A stretch of DNA of 64,000 bases. Source: Chlamydiota bacterium. Its GTDB lineage: Bacteria; Auribacterota; Tritonobacteria; UBA1439. Below, piece by piece: positions 9,864 through 18,000 of this stretch. The notes below the pieces were generated by a model that saw only the letters and a list, made by a program, of their open reading frames with translations, did no database searches and had not been told where the DNA came from. Numbering within the stretch: position 1 is the stretch's first letter; the number at the start of each line of letters is the position of its first letter. The stretch covers positions 2,985 to 66,984 of the forward strand of contig JBAXOY010000002.1 in assembly GCA_037133055.1 (NCBI GenBank). Reading direction: 5' to 3'. The position numbers were made by a program, and so were the translations under genes.

Positions 9864-10262
9864 TCACGGCTTGCAGAAGAGCCTCTGGCAGAGGGCGTCC
9901 AACCCTTCCCCGCAAATCCTCTTGAGGTGCTTCCGGTCCGCCACAATCTCAGCAGTCTTTTCCATGTCGATGAACAAAGGAGCGAGTACCTTGCCTGCCG
10001 AGGGCGACCTGAACTCCTTCGACAACCGGTAGTACATCCACCTGCCTTCCTTGCGGCTGTCCACGAGGCGCGCAGACCGCAGGATCGTCAAATGCTTTGA
10101 CACGGTAGACGGCGCCAGCTCAAGCAATGCGATGAGCTGACAGACGCAAAGTTCGCCGCCCTTAAGCGCATACAGAATCCGCATCCGTTTCTCGTCGGCA
10201 AGCGCCTTGAGCATATCCATGAGGTCATGCATAATCGCCTCCATCATTTCGTTATGTGGCAA
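9864..10262 (-). CDS. arsR: ArsR/SmtB-family metalloregulatory repressor
   Basis: It has a winged-HTH with the metal-binding ELCVCQL motif in the recognition-helix region. It is the first gene of the minus-strand metal/arsenic operon. Confidence 0.8.
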   Translation of the reverse strand: MPHNEMMEAIMHDLMDMLKALADEKRMRILYALKGGELCVCQLIALLELAPSTVSKHLTILRSARLVDSRKEGRWMYYRLSKEFRSPSAGKVLAPLFIDMEKTAEIVADRKHLKRICGEGLDALCQRLFCKP

Positions 10263-10396
10263 AATGTACTATATTTGCCGTCCCTTGTCAATGCCCGATT
10301 TGATTTCTGAGTCAGGCTCCTGTCATCTTGGGTGACCCCTATTCTGGACAAGAGTGACCAACACTCTAAGGTATCCGTCGTGTCCGCCAGCTATCT

Positions 10397-10434
10397 TCGG
10401 GGGAGGCCTGAATGGTCTCCCCCGAATTTTTTCT
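10397..10434 (+). terminator. orphan intrinsic terminator: a perfect 9-bp GC-rich stem (TCGGGGGAG / CTCCCCCGA), an 11-nt loop, then ATTTTTTCT
   Basis: Read directly from the sequence. There is no annotated plus-strand gene upstream within 5 kb, so it may end a small transcript that diverges from the arsR promoter. Confidence 0.5.
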
Positions 10435-10607
10435 GGACATTTTCTGGAGATTGTCTGCTATGGAAATAGATCTTTGATGGGTGTGTCTCTAAAAGTCGCA
10501 TATTTTGAACAGCAGTGGTAAAATAGCTTCATTGCTCATCGGCCCCTGTTAGCAGGGAGCTCTAGATCATATACGATTCCTCACACTCGGCGAAAGGCGG
10601 TGACATC

Positions 10608-11621
10608 GTGAAGGCAGTGTTATTGTTCTGCAGCATGATGCTTGGCATGAACGCGTATGCGTCGAGCCCAGGGTATCACGTGATCAAGAAGGTGCAACTC
10701 GGCGGCGAGGGCCGCTGGGACCTTCTGACCGTGGACAGCGCGGCCCGGCGGCTGTACATTTCCCGGAGCTCCCACGTGATGGTCATCGACCTCGACACGG
10801 ACAAGGTGGCGGGCGACATCCCCGACACTCCGGGCGTGCACGGCATCGCGCTCGCGGCCGAGTTGAATCGAGGTTTCACCAGCAACGGCAAGGCGGATAC
10901 GGCGACCATTTTCGACTTGAAAACACTGAAGGTCCTCGGCCATGTGAAAACGGGGAAAAATCCCGATGAGATCCTGTATGACCCCGCCTCCAAGCGGGTG
11001 TTTACCTTCAATGGCCGGAGCAACGACGCCACGGTGTTCGACGCCGCCTCCGGAGAGGTTGCGGGCACGATCGCGCTCGGCGGAAGGCCGGAATTTGCGA
11101 AGGCGGACGGCAGGGGCGCAATCTATGCGAATATAGAGGACACAAGCGAGGTCGTGGAAATCGACAGCCGGAAGCTCGCGGTCACAAAGCGCTTTTCGCT
11201 CAAGCCCGGCGAAGAGCCTTCGGGAATGGGATTGGATGCGGAGCATCACCGGGTCTTCTCGGGATGCCACAACAAGATGATGACCATTCTGGACACGGAG
11301 GCAGGCAAAGTGATCGCAACCGTCCCGATCGGGGAAGGGGTCGATGGAAACGGCTTTGATCCGGGAACCGGTTTGGCGTTCAGCTCCAACGGGGACGGCA
11401 CTCTCACGGTGGTGAGGGAATCGTCGCCGGGCAAATTCGAGGCGGCTGAGACCGTTACGACACAACGCGGATCGCGCACGATGGCCATCGATCCCAAGAC
11501 CCACATTCTTTATGTGCCCGCCGCGCAATTTGGCCCGACTCCGGCCCCGACATCGGAAAACCCGAGACCGCGGCCAACAATGATCAAGGACAGCTTCGCA
11601 CTCCTGGTGATCGGGAAATGA
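10608..11621 (+). CDS. secreted YVTN-family beta-propeller repeat protein
   Basis: It has a signal peptide and repeated about 40-aa units (e.g. LYISRSSHVMVIDLDTDKVAGDIP, VFTFNGRSNDATVFDAASGEVAGTI) typical of YVTN/NHL-like propellers. Confidence 0.7.
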   Translation: MKAVLLFCSMMLGMNAYASSPGYHVIKKVQLGGEGRWDLLTVDSAARRLYISRSSHVMVIDLDTDKVAGDIPDTPGVHGIALAAELNRGFTSNGKADTATIFDLKTLKVLGHVKTGKNPDEILYDPASKRVFTFNGRSNDATVFDAASGEVAGTIALGGRPEFAKADGRGAIYANIEDTSEVVEIDSRKLAVTKRFSLKPGEEPSGMGLDAEHHRVFSGCHNKMMTILDTEAGKVIATVPIGEGVDGNGFDPGTGLAFSSNGDGTLTVVRESSPGKFEAAETVTTQRGSRTMAIDPKTHILYVPAAQFGPTPAPTSENPRPRPTMIKDSFALLVIGK

Positions 11622-11835
11622 GGAGATAATCCTCTTTGTTGAAGGGGGAGCTGTGTAGAAAACTTGTTAGAATTGAAGAGCTTTTTACCGTCGCTTTGGG
11701 ATACGCCTTCTCGAATGCCGCGATGACGGCGGAAGGAACATCCGCCTTCTTGATCGTTTGTTCTTCAGCCGATAACGCCAGCGTGAACGGCGCGAGAACC
11801 AGACACGTTACAACAGCCATCATGCTTCTCATCAT
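11584..11835 (-). CDS. possible PepSY-like (DUF2874-like) secreted protein remnant
   Basis: It has a signal peptide, then DVPSAVIAAFEKAYPKATVK, which matches the PepSY-like N-terminal motif. The remainder does not fit the family, and the ORF overlaps the 3' end of the YVTN gene. It is probably a decayed gene. Confidence 0.25.
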   Translation of the reverse strand: MMRSMMAVVTCLVLAPFTLALSAEEQTIKKADVPSAVIAAFEKAYPKATVKSSSILTSFLHSSPFNKEDYLLISRSPGVRSCP

Positions 11836-11983
11836 CTTCCCTCCCTATGCGGTGGTTATATCGTCGCCGCATTTGCGGCAATGATGTGATCGAGCGGTAT
11901 GCCCCTGCGCCCCGACCCGTAAAATTCTTAGAAGACATGGAGAAGGGGCCCGTGAGGGCGGAGGCATGAGCCGACCGACCGCT

Positions 11984-12013
11984 GGCCGACCCGCAACGGC
12001 CTTGATTTTTTCC
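11984..12013 (+). terminator. intrinsic-terminator-like hairpin (GGCCG-8 nt-CGGCC) followed by TTGATTTTTT
   Basis: Read from the sequence. It is oriented for plus-strand transcripts and lies between the mgtA 3' end and the YVTN region. Confidence 0.35.
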
Positions 12014-12082
12014 GCACGGCGCCCGATCTCCAGAAGAAGCACGGCGTGGAGTTCAACGTCCTCGCCGTCGTCGCCCGCGCGC

Positions 12083-14656
12083 CTACTCGTTCCCGAATCG
12101 CCGGATGAACCACACCTTCACCACCTGCACGAGGTAGAGGTAGCTCCCCACCATCGCGATCAAAATAAGGAAATACGCCGCGGGGGGAACGACGAAGCCG
12201 AACGGTCCCGCGAGCGGCGAGAGCGGGATCACGATCCCCGCCGCCACGATCGCGAGCGACGTCATCACGAGAAACCTGCTCGGCCAGCTCTCGATGAACG
12301 GGACCTTCGCGGTCCGGATCACGTAGATCACGAGCGTCTGCGTGCAGAGGGACTCGATAAACCATCCGGTGTGGAACAACTTCGGGTTGTTCGCGCAGTG
12401 AAAGAATGAGAGCATCACCGCGAAGGTGAGAAAGTCGTAGATCGAGCTGATAGGGCCGATGATCAGCATGAACTTTCTGATGTAGCTCACGTTCCATGGT
12501 CGGGGGCGCAGGAGATACTCCTTGTCCACCTCGTCCATGGGGATGGCGATCTGCGAAACATCGTACAAAAAATTGAGCAGCAGAATCTGGATCGGCAGCA
12601 TCGGGAGGAAGGGAAGGAAGATGCTCGCGCCGGTCATGCTGAGCATGTTGCCGAAGTTTGAGCTCGACCCCATTTTGATGTACTTGACGATGTTGCCGAA
12701 TGTCCTCCTCCCCTGCCGAACGCCGTCCTCGAGCACCATCAGGCTTTTTTTGAGGAGGATCATGTCCGCGGACTCCTTTGCGATGTCCACGGCGTTGTCC
12801 ACCGAGATGCCGACGTCCGATGCCTTAAGTGCGGGGGCGTCGTTGATCCCGTCCCCCAGGTACCCGACGATGTGCCCGTTCGCGTGCAGGGCGTGGATGA
12901 CCCGCTCCTTCTGGATCGGGGAGAGGCGGGCGAAGATGGTGGTCGTCTTCACGCGCTCCCGGAGCTCGCGGTCGTCCATCTTCTCCACGTCGGTCCCGAC
13001 GGCCATCGCCTTGACGTCCAGCCCGACGGCGCCGCAGATCTTCCTCGTCACCAGTGCATTGTCGCCGGTGAGCACTTTGCACTCGACCCCCAGGCGGCGC
13101 AGCACCTCGATGGCGCGGCGCGCGCTCGGTTTCGGAGGGTCGAGAAATGCGACGTACCCCTTCAGGATGAGGTCCCGCTCGTCGTCCTTCGAGTAGACAT
13201 GCTGCGCCGCGTCCAGGTCCCGGTAGGCGATCGCGAGTACCCTGAACCCCTCCGAGCTCAGGGTGTCGTATTCCTCCCGGAGATCGGTGAGAAGCATCTC
13301 CCCCAGGTCGAGAATCTCCCCCTCGAGCTCGAATTTCTTGCAGCGCTTGAATATCTCCTCGGGTGCGCCTTTCGCAATGAGCCGGTGCTTTCCGTCCATT
13401 TCGACGACCACGGACATGATCTTCCTGAAGAAATCGAACGGGACCTCGTCGATCTTCCGGTATTGTTTCACGAGCAGCTTCTGGTGTTTCAGGATGGTGC
13501 GGTCGAGCAGGTTCTTGAGTCCCGTCTGGTAGAAGCTGTTGATGTAGGCGTAGCGCAGGACGTCGTCGCTTTCCTTCCGCACTACGTCGCAGTGCTTTTC
13601 GAGGACAATCCTGTCCATGGTCAGGGTGCCGGTCTTGTCCGTGCAGAGGATATCCATCGCCCCGAAGTTCTGTATGGAGTTCAGGCGCTTGACGATCACT
13701 TTCTTCCGGGACATCGCGATCGCCCCCTTCGAGAGGTTGATCGCGACGATCATCGGGAGCATCTCGGGGGTGAGTCCCACCGCCACGCCGAGGGAGAAGA
13801 GCAGCGACTCGATCCAGTCGCCGCGCCGGAGCGCGTTGATCGCGAAGATGAACGCGACCATGCAGAGCATGGCGCGGATCATGAGCCAGGTGAAGCGCCG
13901 CATCCCCGTGTCGAAGCCGGTCTCCACGCGCATGGCGGCGAGCCGCGCGGCAATCTCTCCGAACTGCGTGGCCGCGCCCGTCCGTATGACGACCCCGAGC
14001 GCCGTGCCGCTCACCACGCTCGACCCCATGAAGGCGATGTTGCGGAGGTCTGTGGCAGGGGAGGATGCGGGGGGCGCGGGGTCGGCGGTCTTTTTCGCCG
14101 GGAACGACTCGCCCGTCAGCGACGCCTCGTTGAGGAAGAGGTCCTTGCAGGAGATGATGCGCAGGTCGGCGGGAATCATGTTTCCGGCGAACAGGTCGAC
14201 GACGTCGCCGGGAACGATCTCCCTGATCAGGATATCACGCGGCCGGCTGTTGCGAAACACGGTGGCGGTGGCCCGAACCATTTCGCTCAGCTTTTCGGCC
14301 TCCTTGCCGGCGCGATACTCCTGGACGAATGAGAGCAGCACGCTCATGATCGCCATCAGGATGACGAGGAGCGCGCTGATCCTCTCGCCGAAAAAGAGGG
14401 AGAACCCCGCGATGATGAGGAGCACGATCACCAGCGGGTTCACAAACTTTGAGAGGACCTGGACGAGGAGGGTGCGCTTCTTCTTGCGGGCCGGCTCGTT
14501 CGGCCCGTATTCCCTGAGGCGCTTCCGCGCCTCCTCCTCTGCGAGACCCTTGGGAGTCGTGTCCATCCTCTTGATGACGGCCTCCGGCGCGCAGCCTGCG
14601 AAATCAAAATCCATGTCCTGGCCCCTGATCCTCGCCTTGAATCCGAATATGTTCAC
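12083..14656 (-). CDS. mgtA: Mg2+-importing P-type ATPase
   Basis: 857 aa. The N-terminus EEARKRLREYGPNE, the phosphorylation site CTDKTGTLT, TGES, GDGINDAPAL and a 10-TM layout match the MgtA/MgtB family. Confidence 0.9.
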   Translation of the reverse strand: MNIFGFKARIRGQDMDFDFAGCAPEAVIKRMDTTPKGLAEEEARKRLREYGPNEPARKKKRTLLVQVLSKFVNPLVIVLLIIAGFSLFFGERISALLVILMAIMSVLLSFVQEYRAGKEAEKLSEMVRATATVFRNSRPRDILIREIVPGDVVDLFAGNMIPADLRIISCKDLFLNEASLTGESFPAKKTADPAPPASSPATDLRNIAFMGSSVVSGTALGVVIRTGAATQFGEIAARLAAMRVETGFDTGMRRFTWLMIRAMLCMVAFIFAINALRRGDWIESLLFSLGVAVGLTPEMLPMIVAINLSKGAIAMSRKKVIVKRLNSIQNFGAMDILCTDKTGTLTMDRIVLEKHCDVVRKESDDVLRYAYINSFYQTGLKNLLDRTILKHQKLLVKQYRKIDEVPFDFFRKIMSVVVEMDGKHRLIAKGAPEEIFKRCKKFELEGEILDLGEMLLTDLREEYDTLSSEGFRVLAIAYRDLDAAQHVYSKDDERDLILKGYVAFLDPPKPSARRAIEVLRRLGVECKVLTGDNALVTRKICGAVGLDVKAMAVGTDVEKMDDRELRERVKTTTIFARLSPIQKERVIHALHANGHIVGYLGDGINDAPALKASDVGISVDNAVDIAKESADMILLKKSLMVLEDGVRQGRRTFGNIVKYIKMGSSSNFGNMLSMTGASIFLPFLPMLPIQILLLNFLYDVSQIAIPMDEVDKEYLLRPRPWNVSYIRKFMLIIGPISSIYDFLTFAVMLSFFHCANNPKLFHTGWFIESLCTQTLVIYVIRTAKVPFIESWPSRFLVMTSLAIVAAGIVIPLSPLAGPFGFVVPPAAYFLILIAMVGSYLYLVQVVKVWFIRRFGNE

Positions 14657-14855
14657 GACGATCCTCGATTTCCGTGCCGGGAACCTATCTGTCCCCGGGA
14701 AGGGGATGCCCGTGCGGCATTCTGAACAGGTAGAGCGTCAGGGGTCTTTCTTTCATCTTCCACCCCGGGGGGCCTTGTCACGGGTGCCGGGCGCTGGTTC
14801 CCCGGTACCGGTGTAGCCCGTTACTATAGTATCCAGTTCCGAGAAAAAGGGGTAG

Positions 14856-14886
14856 CACTCTGGAGATGAGTGACTCTGGAGATGAG
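14856..14886. repeat. tandem direct repeat ACTCTGGAGATGAG x2 (16-bp phasing) in the mgtA / S8-peptidase divergent intergenic region
   Basis: Read from the sequence: cACTCTGGAGATGAGtgACTCTGGAGATGAGcc. The spacing is compatible with a dimeric response-regulator binding site. Confidence 0.6.
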
Positions 14887-15071
14887 CCCCTGAGAAAGGC
14901 CATCATCACTGAGTGTTTGCCGGTGTGATCCCGATATGCTAGGGTACTTCCGGGCACTACGCATCTCGAAAGCACTTCTGAATCCGGGCCTTCTTTGTCT
15001 GGGGTAGAGCGGGAGACCCAGTAGAATTCCGCCGGCGCACCCGTGGTTTTTTAGGGGGACGGATTACTACG

Positions 15072-18000
15072 GTGATCACCTTCATTCTTGCAATGAGCCT
15101 CTTTGGCCTATCACTCCCGCCGGGGAACCCCATGCCGCGCATACCTACCCCGGATAATCCTCAGGCCCGTCATCCTCTTGTTGCAAAGGTCTTGGCCGGC
15201 GATGGGACAGCGCGTTACGTGAAGAGCGGAACCGACGGCAAGGCGGATGACTCGCGGACGGAGTGCGCGCCGCGCGAGCTTCTGGTGAAGTTACGGGACC
15301 AGAGCGCGCAAAGCGGACGAAACGGAATGGCCGCCGCATCACGCACCTACACGGCAGGAGCGCTCGCAGCGAAATATAATGCAGGCGCGAGACGGCTCTT
15401 CCCAGGCCAGCCCAGGGGCGCCTTGCGCTCCGGTGTTGCCCTCAGCCGGATTTACAAGATAACGCTCGGCAACGGCTCTGTCCCGCACGCGGTTGCGGAC
15501 TGCGCCCGGTGTCCGGATATAGAGTGGGCCGAGCCGAACTATATTCGCACAACATGTCTTACTCCGGACGATACCTACTTCAATGCTTCAGGCGCGTGGG
15601 GACAGGCATACCGTGATATGTGGGGCCTGGAGAAGATTCAGGCCGAGCAGGCATGGGATATCTCCACGGGGAGCAGCGCTATTACCGTCGCGGTTATCGA
15701 TACGGGGGTTGACTACACCCATGCGGACATAGCCGCGCATATCTGGACCAATACCGATGAAATACCCGGCGACGGCCTGGATAATGACGGCAACGGGTAT
15801 ATCGATGATTATCGCGGCTGGGATTTTTGCAACGGCGACAACAATCCCATTGATGATCACGGCCACGGGACCCATTGCGCAGGCACGATCGCGGCGGTCA
15901 CGAACAATGCGACTGGAATCTCCGGCATCTGCTGGAACGCGAGGATCATGGCGCTCAAGTTCTTGAATAGCGGGGGCTCGGGGACCGACGCCGACGCAGC
16001 GCAGGCAATCGTTTACGCGGCTGATAACGGCGCCAATGTCCTGAGCAACAGCTGGGGCGGCACGGGCGTCTCCGAGACTCTCAGGACGGCGCTGCGGTAT
16101 GCGCATGATCAGGGGTGCGTCATCGTGGCTGCCGCGGGAAACAGCAGTGCCGACGTACGCAACTTTGGGCCGGCGTGCGAGAACACGGTCGTGAGCGTCG
16201 CCGCGAGCGACCATGCGGATAAAAAGAGCAGCTTCTCGAACTGGGGGCCCAAAATAGACGTGGCGGCGCCCGGAGGGAGCGGAACGGAGGCGGACGGCGA
16301 TAACCGGTTGGGGGCGGATATCCTTTCCCTGCGCGCTGCGGGGACGGATATGGGGGGAGACGGAAAATGCATCGTGGGGGGAAACTATTATCGCGCACGA
16401 GGCACCTCCATGGCCTGCCCTCACGTCGCGGGCCTCGCCGCGCTCGTCCTGTCGCATAATCCCGCGTTTTCAAATGAGGAGGTTCGGCAGGTGCTCCATC
16501 GCGGCGCCGACGATATCGAATCCGCCGGCTGGGACATGAAAACCGGTTTCGGCAGGATCAACGCCCTGAAATCACTCGAGACCGCTGCCGTTTCGGTGTC
16601 ATATATCTCCTCACCCCATTGCGGCGATACACTCTCTTCCACCGTGGCTATCAACGGCCGCGCCTTCGGGGGCAATTTCGCGAGTTATGCGCTTGAATGC
16701 GGGCCGGGCTCCGAACCTCAGAGCTGGTCGCTCATCGCGCAGTCCGCTATCCAAATCATGGACGGCGTGCTGGGCCAGTGGGATACCGCCTATGCGGCGG
16801 ACGGGTATTACACGCTCCGGCTCACGGTGAATAACGGCGACGGGACAACGGACCGCTATCTCCTGAGCGTCACCGTTAAAAACACGGAAATCACCAGCCC
16901 CGACGATGGGGATTGCGTGAAGGCGGGGACCATTGTCATCATCCGCGGCTCCTCCATTGCGCCGTCGTTTCAATCATATGTGCTCGAGTGGGGCAAAAGC
17001 AACGCATATTACTGGCCGTCGATCTGGAAGACCGACGGCATTTCCCTGGAACACGGAGGGCAGCAGCCCGTGCTCGAAGGCACGCTCGGCAGTTTCGATA
17101 CGAGCGTGATTACCGCGCCGGGCAACTATCTCCTCAGATTGCGAACACTCTCCGGCGCCGGGGAGTCGAAGGACTGCAGCAATCTCATCATTGATCCGGA
17201 TCTGAGAGACGGATGGCCGCAGCCGTTCGAGCGCTCGTGGGCGGGGATCGGGAGCGAAGCCGTTCGCTGGTCGCCCAATGTCGCCGATATTGATGGAGAC
17301 GGGCGCGCGGAGATATTCGTAGATGGATTGTACAACCAGACCGCGGGGGGGGACAGCGTCTATTCTTTTGATCTGGATGGCATGCCGTTCTCCGGGTTCA
17401 ACCAGCCTGACTATGATATCCGATGGGTCCCGTCGCTCGCGGATTTGAATGGCGACGGGCGCTGCGAAGTCATCGGCGGGAGAGGGCCCGGGGCCGGCTA
17501 TTTCAGCGTATTCCAGCACGACAAGACCGTCCTGTCGGGATGGGAATGCAATCTTCCCATAACACCCTTCACTGCGACAGCCGATCTTGATGCCGATGGG
17601 CATCTGGAAATTGTCGGGATCTCGTCCGGATCCATCTATGTGCTGGATGACCGCGGCGGGGTACTGCCGGGGTGGCCTCTGTATTTCGGCACCATCTGGG
17701 AACTGCCTGCGGTGGGAGACGTCGATGATGACGGCTATCAAGAGATAGCTTTTGTCATCAACAACGCGCAGAGCCCTGCGCAAGCGGCGGTGTACGATTA
17801 TACGGGCCATCCCCTTCCCGGATGGCCGCTACAGCTTGGTGACTCCAGCTATCGTGCATCGCCCGCCCTCTGCGACATCGACGGCGATCAGGATTTGGAG
17901 ATCGCCGTTAATGACAGCCAGCATGTGTACGTATATCATCACGATGGACAGCCCGCGCAGGGGTGGCCGCAGGCAGTTGCAGGGATTGTCACATCACCCA

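Noticed and set aside
14657-15071. Mg2+ riboswitch (M-box) in the mgtA leader
   Set aside because: I could not find the conserved M-box core, the reverse complement of GGUGAGG..., by eye on the minus strand. I keep it only as a region to scan with a covariance model.
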